Positions 38,235 through 46,972 of a stretch of DNA of 64,000 nt are shown here, piece by piece. Source of the stretch: an uncultured delta proteobacterium (GTDB lineage: Bacteria; Myxococcota_A; Polyangia; Fen-1088); the NCBI GenBank assembly GCA_963767925.1, contig CAVYGB010000008.1, positions 512,001-576,000 on the forward strand. The letters are read 5' to 3'. How positions within the stretch are numbered: the first letter of the stretch is position 1; every line of letters begins with the position of its first letter. The translations under genes were made by a program, and so were the position numbers. The notes beneath the pieces were generated by a model. That model was not told where the DNA came from. It worked only from the letters and a program-made list of their open reading frames with translations, and did not search any database.

Positions 38235-39542
38235 TCAGCGGTCCATCCACACCGCCCGGCGCAGGGCCCAGCGATCCGGTCCCCCCTGCCACAGGTGGGG
38301 CGAGCGAAAGCGGTCGGCGAGCGCGTCGAAGCCGGCCCGGTCGAGGGTGGGGCGGGCGAACTCCCGGGACACCGCCCCGAAGTCCTTCTCCCCGATGCTG
38401 AGGTAGCGGAAGATCTCGTCAGCGAAGCGGGCCGGCCACTCTCCGTCGAAGCGCTTGACCAGGGAGACTGCCTCGTCGCGGGTGATGTCGCCCGAGCGGA
38501 CCTCCTGGGCGGCGTCGTAGGTGGCCCGGCCGATGCCGAACTTGATGTACGTCGTGTAATAGTGGAAGTCGTCGATGCGGTCGTCGATGGAGTTGTACTT
38601 GCTGTAGGTCCCCGGCGTGCGCTCGGGCGCGGCCTCGAAGCCGCCGTTCTCCACCGCGTAGTAGTAACAGGACTGGGGGTGCCACTTCAGGTAGTGGCCG
38701 AGGTAGTGGACCTCCAGCTGGAGGGCGAGGGCGGGGGCGGGATCGGCCGGCAGGTAGGGGGTCAGGTCGACCAGCGGGAGCTGGTAGCGCGCGCGCAGCT
38801 CGGCCACGCTGACCCCGGCCAGGAACACCTTGTTGGGGTCGGCCTCCGCGAAGTATTTCTGATCGCGCAGGGCGCTCCCGGTGTCGGCGATGGGGTTGCC
38901 GTACTCCGCCTCGTTCTCCCCGTAGAACACCAGGGGGATGCCGAACTGGACCGCCATCTTGGGGGCCAGGTTCTTCTGGCCGAGGATGAACGGCTGGAAG
39001 GGGTGAAACAGGTTCTCCACCGCCAGGCGGGTGAGCAGCCGGTGGGTCCGGCCGTTGGGGGTCATGAGGTAGTTGTCGAAGCCGGCGTGGATCCAGGCCT
39101 GGTGGTTGCGCCAGCCCCACTCGGTGTAGACGTGGGGCGCCCAGGTCACGGTCAGCGGATGCATGCCGTATTCGTATTTGAGCTTGTAGGCCGCGAAGAA
39201 GCTGTCCTTGCCGCCCGAGCCGGGGACCAGGCAGTCGTAGTGGCCGTCGTCGCGCCGGAAGCGGTCGCACAGCGCGCGCAGGTCCCGCTCGCGGGCGGCC
39301 CAGTCGATGCTCCCCTGCTTGCGCTCGGCGAACCGGCAGGCGTCGCACACCCCCTCGGCGTCGAAGCCGATGGTGGCCTTCTTGCTGTCCTTCGTGTGCT
39401 TGAACTCGACCGCCGAGTTGGGGCGCTGGTTGGAGATCACGCAGCGCCGGCAGAACTTCACCTCGGAGGGCAGGCCGTAAAAAGCCTCCAGTCTTTCATC
39501 CGGTTTCGCTTCCGGTCTGTCTTCCGATCTCTTTTCGGTCAT
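38235..39542 (-). CDS. N-acetyl sugar amidotransferase (WbuX/PseA/PtmG family)
   Basis: FCRRCVISNQRP, CDAC, PGSGGKDS PP-loop, YGENEAEYG, KFGIGRA. Confidence 0.9.
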   Translation of the reverse strand: MTEKRSEDRPEAKPDERLEAFYGLPSEVKFCRRCVISNQRPNSAVEFKHTKDSKKATIGFDAEGVCDACRFAERKQGSIDWAARERDLRALCDRFRRDDGHYDCLVPGSGGKDSFFAAYKLKYEYGMHPLTVTWAPHVYTEWGWRNHQAWIHAGFDNYLMTPNGRTHRLLTRLAVENLFHPFQPFILGQKNLAPKMAVQFGIPLVFYGENEAEYGNPIADTGSALRDQKYFAEADPNKVFLAGVSVAELRARYQLPLVDLTPYLPADPAPALALQLEVHYLGHYLKWHPQSCYYYAVENGGFEAAPERTPGTYSKYNSIDDRIDDFHYYTTYIKFGIGRATYDAAQEVRSGDITRDEAVSLVKRFDGEWPARFADEIFRYLSIGEKDFGAVSREFARPTLDRAGFDALADRFRSPHLWQGGPDRWALRRAVWMDR

Positions 39543-39573
39543 GCGCGCGCCTCCTCCATGTCTCCTCCTGCCC

Positions 39574-40200
39574 TCACCAGCCCAGGAACGACTCCAGCAG
39601 CCGCAGGCCGGCCGGCCCGCTCCGCTCGGGGTGAAATTGACAGCCCAGCAGCCGGCCCCGTCGCACGGCGGCCACCAGGTCCTGTCCGCCGTAGCGGGCG
39701 GTGGCCAGCACGTCGCCCGGGTTGGCGGCCACCGCGGCGTAGGAATGAACGAAGTAGAGGGCCGTCCCCGGGGCCAGGGGGGCCAGGGGCGTGCCGGCGA
39801 AGGCGGCGCCCGCGGGCGGCGCGATCCGGCTCCAGCCGACGTGGGGGATCTTGAGGGGCGGCCGAGGGTCGATGCGGGCCACCGTCCCCTCGAACACCCC
39901 CAGCCCGGCGTGGTGCCCGAACTCCTGCGAGCGGGAGAACAGGAGCTGCATGCCCAGGCAGATGCCGAGGAAGGGGCGCTCGCTGCGCAGGTACGCCTCC
40001 AGGGCGGGCTGCAGCTCGCGCGCGCGCAGCGCCCGCATGCCGTCGCCGAAGGCGCCCACCCCGGGCAACACCAGCCGCTCGGCCGCGGCGATCTCGTCGG
40101 GGCGGGCGGAGACGACCACCTCGGCGCCGAGCGACCCCAGCGCGTTGGCCACGCTGCGGAGGTTGCCCAGCCCGTAGTCGACCAGCACCACCCGGCTCAC
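39574..40200 (-). CDS. hisH: HisH-like glutamine amidotransferase (WbuY-type)
   Basis: DYGLGNLRSV, LPGVGAF, GICLGMQ, YFVHSY, QFHPE. Confidence 0.88.
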   Translation of the reverse strand: MSRVVLVDYGLGNLRSVANALGSLGAEVVVSARPDEIAAAERLVLPGVGAFGDGMRALRARELQPALEAYLRSERPFLGICLGMQLLFSRSQEFGHHAGLGVFEGTVARIDPRPPLKIPHVGWSRIAPPAGAAFAGTPLAPLAPGTALYFVHSYAAVAANPGDVLATARYGGQDLVAAVRRGRLLGCQFHPERSGPAGLRLLESFLGW

Positions 40201-40988
40201 CTGCGCACCTCGTGGCCGCGCGCCGAGAGCCCGTCCTTGAGGGCGGAGACGGTGAGCTTGCCCTGGTGGAACAGGCTGGCCACCGCCACGCCGTTGACCC
40301 CGGTCCGGAAGGCCTCGTCCACGTGATCGAGGCTGCCCGCCCCGCCCGAGGCCACAACCGGCACCGGGACGGCCGCCGCCACCTGCTCGAGCAGGCCCAG
40401 GTCGAAGCCCCGCCGGGTCCCCTCCCGGTCCACCGAGGTGAGCAGGACCTCGCCGGCGCCGAGGTCGACCGCCTGGCGCACCCACTCCAGCACGTCGCGG
40501 CCGGTGCGCTCGCGGCCGTTGTCGGTGTAGGCCTCCCAGCCGCTGGCCTGCCGCTTGGCCTCCACCGACAGCACCAGGCACTGCGCGCCGAAGACCCGGG
40601 CCGCCTCCGCGATCAGCTCGGGGCGTCGCACGGCGGCGGTGTTGATGGCGACCTTGTCCGCCCCCGCGCGCAGGAGCATCGTGATGTCGTCCAGCGAGCG
40701 CACGCCGCCCCCCACGGTGAAGGGGACGAACAGCTCGGCGGCGGTGCGGGCCACCACGTCGGCGAGGTTGTTGCGGCCGTACAGGCTGGCGACGATGTCG
40801 ATGTAGATGATCTCGTCGATCCCGTCCTGGTAGTAGCGCAGGGCGTGGGCGGCCGGGTCCCCCATGACCCGCAGCCCCTCGAGGTGGATCCCCTTGACCA
40901 GGTTGGGGCCCTTGATGTCGAGGCGGGCGATGACCCGGTCGAGGGGGCGATCGTTGTTGCTGTCGCTCTCGGCGCCGCCGCCGTTCAT
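40197..40988 (-). CDS. hisF: HisF-like cyclase (WbuZ-type)
   Basis: RVIARLDIKG.NLVKGIHLEGLR, ASLYGR, TSVDREGT. Confidence 0.88.
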   Translation of the reverse strand: MNGGGAESDSNNDRPLDRVIARLDIKGPNLVKGIHLEGLRVMGDPAAHALRYYQDGIDEIIYIDIVASLYGRNNLADVVARTAAELFVPFTVGGGVRSLDDITMLLRAGADKVAINTAAVRRPELIAEAARVFGAQCLVLSVEAKRQASGWEAYTDNGRERTGRDVLEWVRQAVDLGAGEVLLTSVDREGTRRGFDLGLLEQVAAAVPVPVVASGGAGSLDHVDEAFRTGVNGVAVASLFHQGKLTVSALKDGLSARGHEVRR

Positions 40989-42046
40989 GGCGCCGTCTCC
41001 AGGTCCTCGTCCCGCAGGGGGGTCCCCTCGCGCACCGGGCGACCGAGCTTGCGGCCGAGGTAGCGATCGAGGCGCGAGGGGGGCACACCCGAGCCGGGTC
41101 GCAGGGCCTGCAGATCCTCCGCCCGCACCGTCTCTCCCTTGGCCAGCGAGCGGCGCCAGTGCAGGCTCTTGCGTGCCACCCGGGCGATCGCCCGCTCGGT
41201 CTCGGTGGGCGCCTTGACGCCGGAGCCCAGCGCCGCCTCCACCGCCCGCAGCCCCGAGACCATGGCCGCGAAGTCGCGCGGCTCGAGCGAGGCGCGGTGG
41301 TCGGGGCCGGGCAGGGCCCGGTCCAGGGTGAGGTGTTTCTCCAGCAGCTCGGCCCCCAGGGCCACCGCCGCCAGCGCGACCTCGATGCCGAGGGTGTGGT
41401 CGGACCAGCCCACCGGCACCGAGAAGGCGCCGCGCAGGGTGGCCATCGCCCGCAGGTTGGCCTCCCCGGGCGCGGCGGGGTAGTTGGAGACGCAGTGGAA
41501 CAGGGCCACCGGCGCGGGCCCCGCCCGGCGGATGACCTCCACCGCAGCCGCCACCTCGGTCAGGTCGCACATGCCGGTCGAGACCAGCATGGGCCGCCCC
41601 CGGCGGGCCACGTGGGCCAGCAGGCCGTGGTTCGTCACCTCGCCCGAGGCGATCTTGAAGGCGGGCACGCCGAGCTCGGCCAGGAAGTCGGCCGAGCCCT
41701 CGTCGAAGGGACTCGAGAGGAACAGCAGCCCCTGCCGGCGGGCCCGGGCGGCCAGCTCCTGGTACAGCGCCGGCGGGAGGACCAGCGCCTCCAGCATCTG
41801 CCGCTGCGACCGGCCGGCGCCGTCGTTGGCCAGCTGGTAGGCCGCCTTGGGGGCGTCGGCCGCGGCCAGCTTGTCGGGATCGAAGGTCTGGAACTTCACC
41901 GCGTCGGCTCCGCTGGCGGCGGCGGCATCGACGAGCCGGCGGGCCAGCTCGGGCTCGCCGTTGTGGTTGACCCCCGCCTCGGCGATGACGAAACATCGTT
42001 GCCCCGGGCCCAGCAGCCGACCGTCGATCGACAGGGGGGCTCTCAC
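40985..42046 (-). CDS. neuB: Nonulosonic acid synthase (NeuB/LegI) with SAF domain
   Basis: IAEAGVNHNG, AVKFQTF, KIASGE, HCVSNYP, SDHT.G, EKH.TLDR. Confidence 0.92.
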   Translation of the reverse strand: MRAPLSIDGRLLGPGQRCFVIAEAGVNHNGEPELARRLVDAAAASGADAVKFQTFDPDKLAAADAPKAAYQLANDGAGRSQRQMLEALVLPPALYQELAARARRQGLLFLSSPFDEGSADFLAELGVPAFKIASGEVTNHGLLAHVARRGRPMLVSTGMCDLTEVAAAVEVIRRAGPAPVALFHCVSNYPAAPGEANLRAMATLRGAFSVPVGWSDHTLGIEVALAAVALGAELLEKHLTLDRALPGPDHRASLEPRDFAAMVSGLRAVEAALGSGVKAPTETERAIARVARKSLHWRRSLAKGETVRAEDLQALRPGSGVPPSRLDRYLGRKLGRPVREGTPLRDEDLETAP

Positions 42047-42789
42047 CGCGCCTCCGGTCGGTGGGCGGGGACCCAGGGCAATCGCCACAGGCCGGCCTCC
42101 AGCAGGGCCCGGGCGGTCTCGAACTCGTGCAGATCGTCGATCGACAGGGCCCGCGAATCGGGCACGTCGAGGGGCAGGTGCCGGCCGGCGGTCCAGTCGG
42201 GCCCGCTCCGCCGGACGAAGTCGGCCCGCCACAGATAGAGCAGGCCGTTGATGCGCAAGAAGCGGGGGGCGTCCTGGCGCCGCAGCAGGGGGGCCGGCCG
42301 GGGCAGGGCGGGCTGGAGAAACCCCTCCCGCACGACAACCCCGACGTAGAAGGGGTTGAAGTGGGGCTCGGAGCAGGCCACCACCCCGTCGGCGTCGGAC
42401 TGCTGCTCGAGCAGGGTCACCGCCCGATCGATGTCCTCGGGCAGGCGGCCCGGGCTGGTCGGCTCCAGCAGCAACAGGCTCTCGAAGCGGCGGCCCTCGG
42501 CCTTCTCCATCCAGGCCAGGGCGTGCTGCAACACCGGCATGGTGGGGGAGTCGTCGCGGGCCAGCTCGGCCGGCCGCAAGAAGGGCACCTCGGCGCCCTG
42601 CTCCCGGGCCACCGCGGCGATCTCCTCGGAGTCGGTCGACACGACGACGCGCCCACCCCGGGTCCGGGCGCAGCGGATGGCGTGGCCGATCAGCGGCAGC
42701 CCACCGAGCGGGCGGAGGTTCTTGCCCGGCAGCCCCTTGGAGCCGCCCCGGGCGGGGATCACCGTGAGGATGGGATCAACCGCGGGCAT
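42043..42789 (-). CDS. neuA: CMP-nonulosonate synthetase (NeuA/LegF)
   Basis: IPARGGSKGLPGKN, VSTDS, PFLRPAELA.D, PTSP.R, SIDD. Confidence 0.92.
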   Translation of the reverse strand: MPAVDPILTVIPARGGSKGLPGKNLRPLGGLPLIGHAIRCARTRGGRVVVSTDSEEIAAVAREQGAEVPFLRPAELARDDSPTMPVLQHALAWMEKAEGRRFESLLLLEPTSPGRLPEDIDRAVTLLEQQSDADGVVACSEPHFNPFYVGVVVREGFLQPALPRPAPLLRRQDAPRFLRINGLLYLWRADFVRRSGPDWTAGRHLPLDVPDSRALSIDDLHEFETARALLEAGLWRLPWVPAHRPEAR

Positions 42790-42929
42790 GTCGGCGCCTC
42801 GGGCGGGCCCCGGCCGGAGGCCCGTCGGGGCCGTGACACGCGTTCGTCATCAACCTGACGTGAACCACGCCGCTTCCCATCGGGGCCCTCGCCATTGCAG
42901 GTTGAGGGCCAGCCCCGGCCGCCGGCATG

Positions 42930-44192
42930 TCAGGGCGCCGGCGAGGCGGCCACGGCCGCGGGCGCGGGTGCGCCGCTCCGGACCTCGAGCAGGGCCGCCC
43001 GCAGCTCCTCGGTGTCGCCGTGTCGGGAGACGTAGTCCCGCTCCAGCTCGCTCAGCAGCCGGTCGCCGCCGGCCCGCTGGCAGATCAGCGCCACCCCCAG
43101 CAGGGCCTCCGGATCGCGGGGATTGAAGGTGAGCGCCCGCTCGGCGAAGGTCCAGGCGTCCTCGAGCCCGGTGGGCAGGGTGAGGGCCAGCCGGGACAGC
43201 CCCATCAGCGGACGCACGGTGGCGAGCTGGATGTCGGTCGTGTCGTCGGCCAGCTCGAGGCAGCGGGCGAAGGCGTCGGCCGCCTGCTTCGACAGCCCGG
43301 CCAGCTCGAACAGCTCCCCTTGCCGCAGGAAGAAGGCGGCCGAGGGGTAGAGGTGGGGCTGCCACTCGGCCAGCAGCGCCAGCGCCGCCACCGGATCGTC
43401 GGCGTGCACGGCGCTCGCGCACATGGCCAGCAGGGCGCCGCTCCAGCGCTCGCGGGCGATGCTCGCCGGCCCCGCCTGGCGGAGGGCGGCCAGGCAGTCG
43501 ACAGCCTCTTCGTGGCTGACCTCCGCCTCGCCCCAGAAGCGGGCCAGCTCCAGCAGCTTCAAGCGGCTGTAAAAGTCGTTGGGATCTTCGGCGAGGCACC
43601 GGCGCAGCAGGGCCAGGTCGCGCTCCTTCTTGTTGCGGGAGCGGGCCCGCTCCTGGCGGTAGCCCAGGTGCAGGACGGGCTCCCGCAGGTGGCGGAGCTG
43701 TCGCCCCTCTCGCTGCAGGAAGGCGGCCACGTCGGTCCCCACCTCCTCGTGGATGCGCCCGCGGAAGCGGATGGTGGGGTCGCGCCGGAACAGCCGCAGC
43801 AGCCCGGTCTGGGTGAAGTGGCCGTGGGGCAGCTCGTTGCGCATCTGGATGGTGGCCGCGCCCAGCTCGGGGTCGGCCAGCGCCGCCTTCACCTCGGCCA
43901 CCACGGCGGGGCTCGCCATCTCGTCGACGTCGAGGACCAGCACGAAGTCGCCCCGCGCCTCCTGCAGGCCGGCGTTGCGCGCCTCGGAGAAGTCGTCGGT
44001 CCAGGGCCGGCGGAACACCCGGGCCCCCGCCGCCTCCAGCACGGCCACCGTCTTGTCCTGCGAGCCGGTGTCGACGACACACAGGTCGTCCCACAGGCCC
44101 TTGACCCGCTCGAGGAACTCGGGCAGCAGGTCGGCCTCGTCGCGGGTGATCAAACAGAGGGACAGGGTCGGGGCGCTGGGACTTTCGCTCAT
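42930..44192 (-). CDS. GT2 glycosyltransferase with TPR-like C-terminus (flagellin-glycosyltransferase type)
   Basis: LSLCLITRDE, VDTGSQD, DDFSEARN, LDVDE, GRIHE, HLGY. Confidence 0.87.
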   Translation of the reverse strand: MSESPSAPTLSLCLITRDEADLLPEFLERVKGLWDDLCVVDTGSQDKTVAVLEAAGARVFRRPWTDDFSEARNAGLQEARGDFVLVLDVDEMASPAVVAEVKAALADPELGAATIQMRNELPHGHFTQTGLLRLFRRDPTIRFRGRIHEEVGTDVAAFLQREGRQLRHLREPVLHLGYRQERARSRNKKERDLALLRRCLAEDPNDFYSRLKLLELARFWGEAEVSHEEAVDCLAALRQAGPASIARERWSGALLAMCASAVHADDPVAALALLAEWQPHLYPSAAFFLRQGELFELAGLSKQAADAFARCLELADDTTDIQLATVRPLMGLSRLALTLPTGLEDAWTFAERALTFNPRDPEALLGVALICQRAGGDRLLSELERDYVSRHGDTEELRAALLEVRSGAPAPAAVAASPAP

Positions 44193-46312
44193 GGTGACAC
44201 CTCGTTGCGGTCGGGCGCGCTGGCCGCGGCCAGCTCGGGCAGCTTGTTCTCGATGCCGCGGGCGAGCTCGCCCACGGTCCCCTCGATGGCCTGGTACAGG
44301 GCCTGCTCGGCCTCGGCCACCTCGGCCAGGGTCGACCACTTGCCGATCTGCTTGCGGGTGATGGCCCGGGTCGCCCGCTGCACCAGCATCGAGATCAACA
44401 GGCGCGAGCGGGACTGGGCGGCGAGCTGGCGCCGGGTGCGGGCCAGCAGCTTCTCGCGCCGCCGGCTCTGCCGGGCGTCGCCGCCCCCCTCGACCCGCTG
44501 GGCGGCCTGGCGGGCCAGGGCCACGGTGGCGGCCAGGTCGGCCACCAGCTCGCGCAGCCCGCCGAGCAGGCGCTCGCGCCGGGCGGAAAAGTCGATGCCG
44601 GCCAGGCGGCGGCCCAGCAGGGCGTCGACCTCGAACGGCTCCCGCCCCTGCGAGGTGCAGCGGGCCAGCGCCTCGCCGAGCGGCAGGTGCTCCATCCCCT
44701 CGAGGAAGGCGCCCCCCTCGGTCGCGTTCTGGAACACGGCCGGCGGGGACAGCTTGCGCACCACCTCGCGCAGCAGGTCCATCTCGTAGAGGAACAGGCT
44801 CGTGGTGGTGACCGGCTTGCCGAAGAACCCGGGCACGCTGCTCAGCTCGTAGACCTGCGCCGCCAGCAGGGCCTTGACCTCCTCGGCGTTGCCCCCGTTT
44901 TCGGCCAGGCGGAGCTTGCTGCTGTAAGAGGCGAAGCTGATCTTGGAGCCGTCGGCGGTCAGCTCGACCGCCTGGCCCCCGTCGGCGCTGCCGTCGGCGT
45001 AGTAGCGCTGGCCGTCGAGGGCCAGATCGCGGCCGATCGAGACGATGGGGGAGCAGCCCAGCCAGGCGGCCAGCTTGAGGGCGGCGGTAGCCACCGTGCC
45101 GCCGCTGCCGGCCGAGGCGTCCTCTCCGCACAGCTCGTAGATCCAGCTCTCCGACAGGGGCGAGGCGGCGAAGCTGAGGACGCGGCGGGCGGGCAGGGAG
45201 AACAGGCTGGGATCGACGCTGGCCCCCAGCACGAGGGTGCCGAGCTCGCCCGGCGCCACCCCCTCGAAGTGGTAGGTCACCTTCATCGGATCCACCACCA
45301 CGACCAGGTCGGCGCGTATGCCGGCCTTGCGCAGGGCGCGCACGGTCTGGTTGATGGCGATGATCACCACCTGCCCCTCGCGGCCCCGAAGCTGGTCGAT
45401 GTTGCGGTCGAGCGAGGGACCGGCCGACACGACAACCGCCGGCAGCCCGGCCAGCGCCCCGCGCAGGGGGGCGATGGAGGCCTGCTCGGCGATGTGCACG
45501 AGGTTGCGCACGGAGGTCTGGGCAAAGAAGGGGACCGCCTCCTCGAGCTCGTTGCTCGCCTCCGTGACGGTCTGCAAGGTGCGCCGCAGCCGGCTCACGA
45601 TCTCCCCGACCCCGTCGACGGGGAACCCGCCCACCGCGATGGTGCGGGCCTGTGAGGGGTGGGGGAAGGGGATCAACATGACGGCGGCGTCGAGGATCTC
45701 GGGCGTGTGGTAATTGCCCACCGCGGGCGGGTCGGCCCCCTCGGCCACCGAGGTCTGGGGCCGGGTCGGGTCGAGCGAGAAGATCCGACGCTGCCCGCGC
45801 TCGCGCAGGCGGGCGATCAGCTCTCGCGAGCCGGGCCCCACCAGCACCAGCAGATCGATCTCCCGGTCCCAGGTCCCCGCCAGGAGCTGGTCGAGGCCGG
45901 CTTCGGTGGCTCGCCCCCGGGCCAGCAGCCAGGCGTCCAGCGACTCGGCGCCGCTCCGGTCGAGGGCCGCGCGCAGCTCCGCGTCGGCGGCGCCGGCGGC
46001 GGCGGTGACCGCCCGCAGCTCCGCCACCAGGCCGGGGGCCAGCGTGGGAGCCGCCTGCCGGAGCTGGCGGTTGAGGGCGGGCAGCTCGGTTTGCAGGACG
46101 GTGAGCTGCTGCTGCAGCGTCCCCACCTCGGCCGCCCGGCTGTCGGCGACGGCGGCGGCCAGGCTGCGGGTGAGCGCGGCCCGGGCCTGGAGCCGCTGCT
46201 TCAGAGGGGCGAAAACGGCGACGACGCCCGCGGCGGCGCCGGGGGGGCCAGGCGGGGCGGGGGTGACCGCAGGCGACGTCCCGACCGTGTCACGTCTTTG
46301 GCTGGTAGGCAT
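44189..46312 (-). CDS. maf: Motility-associated factor (Maf, DUF115) flagellin nonulosonyl-transferase
   Basis: VVSAGPSLDRN, GIRADLVVVVDP, GGTVA, LGCSPIVSIGRDLA, NATEGGA; directly downstream of fliS. Confidence 0.85.
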   Translation of the reverse strand: MPTSQRRDTVGTSPAVTPAPPGPPGAAAGVVAVFAPLKQRLQARAALTRSLAAAVADSRAAEVGTLQQQLTVLQTELPALNRQLRQAAPTLAPGLVAELRAVTAAAGAADAELRAALDRSGAESLDAWLLARGRATEAGLDQLLAGTWDREIDLLVLVGPGSRELIARLRERGQRRIFSLDPTRPQTSVAEGADPPAVGNYHTPEILDAAVMLIPFPHPSQARTIAVGGFPVDGVGEIVSRLRRTLQTVTEASNELEEAVPFFAQTSVRNLVHIAEQASIAPLRGALAGLPAVVVSAGPSLDRNIDQLRGREGQVVIIAINQTVRALRKAGIRADLVVVVDPMKVTYHFEGVAPGELGTLVLGASVDPSLFSLPARRVLSFAASPLSESWIYELCGEDASAGSGGTVATAALKLAAWLGCSPIVSIGRDLALDGQRYYADGSADGGQAVELTADGSKISFASYSSKLRLAENGGNAEEVKALLAAQVYELSSVPGFFGKPVTTTSLFLYEMDLLREVVRKLSPPAVFQNATEGGAFLEGMEHLPLGEALARCTSQGREPFEVDALLGRRLAGIDFSARRERLLGGLRELVADLAATVALARQAAQRVEGGGDARQSRRREKLLARTRRQLAAQSRSRLLISMLVQRATRAITRKQIGKWSTLAEVAEAEQALYQAIEGTVGELARGIENKLPELAAASAPDRNEVSP

Positions 46313-46580
46313 GCGAAGCTCTTCGCATCGTGGCCGACTGCAAGAGCGACGCCACCAGCTCGGCCCACTTGCCCTCCGCCACCTGCTGGCAGCGGACGTA
46401 GAGCGCCTGCGCCCGCTCCAGCTCGCCGCCCTCGAGCGGACGCAGCGATCCCCCCGGCGCCGCCCAGGTCCGCGCCAGGCCGTCGAGGATCTCGGCCGCC
46501 GCATCGAGGCGCCCGGCCTCGAGGGCCTCGATCGCCGTGGCGAGGCCGGCCAGCAGGCCGCTCGCCGGCGCCGCGCTCAT
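46290..46580 (-). CDS. Small helical protein, FliT-like position
   Basis: 96 aa, ATGA-coupled to fliS, ends RRASHAY (AY motif seen in FliT/FlgN-type chaperones). Confidence 0.55.
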   Translation of the reverse strand: MSAAPASGLLAGLATAIEALEAGRLDAAAEILDGLARTWAAPGGSLRPLEGGELERAQALYVRCQQVAEGKWAELVASLLQSATMRRASHAYQPKT

Positions 46581-46972
46581 CGCGCGGCAGCTTCGGCCGC
46601 GCCGCTCTCGATCTTCTGCACCGCCTCGGCGAACCCCAGCACGAGCGGCTCGAAGGCCCGCTCGGCCTCCCGGGCCAGCCGGGGGTCCCGGTCGGTCTGG
46701 GCGCGCAGCAGGCGATCGAGCACGAACTGGTAGACGTCGCTGAGCTTCTGGCAGAGATCGGGGGCCCGGCTGTGATCGAGGGTGGCGAGCAGCTCGGCGA
46801 CGATCTCGCTGGCGTGCTCGAGCGAGGCGGTGGCCTCCTGGGCGCGGCGGTTCTCCAGGCTGGACGCGGCGTTGCGCACGTCGCGCAGGGCGGCCTGGAA
46901 CAGCAGCACCATGAGGCGCTCCTTGGAGGCGGTCTCGGACTGGGTACGGGCGTACGCGCGGGCGCCGGTCAT
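46577..46972 (-). CDS. fliS: Flagellin chaperone FliS
   Basis: AY...ETASKERLMVLLF, EL.ATLD, L..VY.F. Confidence 0.92.
   Translation of the reverse strand: MTGARAYARTQSETASKERLMVLLFQAALRDVRNAASSLENRRAQEATASLEHASEIVAELLATLDHSRAPDLCQKLSDVYQFVLDRLLRAQTDRDPRLAREAERAFEPLVLGFAEAVQKIESGAAEAAAR

Noticed and set aside
39574..40988. hisH/hisF as histidine biosynthesis genes
   Set aside because: Adjacent to a WbuX-family amidotransferase inside a nonulosonate operon; no other his genes
42877..42905. Sigma28 promoter before neuA (TCAAC-N16-CCCGATGG)
   Set aside because: Spacer longer than all other instances and -10 is weaker; possible but unsupported
42790..42929. c-di-GMP riboswitch in the neuA leader (GCCTCCGGCC) or fliC leader (GACGGAAAG)
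   Set aside because: Only short fragments match; GNRA tetraloop, receptor and P3 elements are missing
44189..46312. MptE pterin diphosphokinase (the usual DUF115 label)
   Set aside because: Size and position beside fliS and neuAB fit Maf
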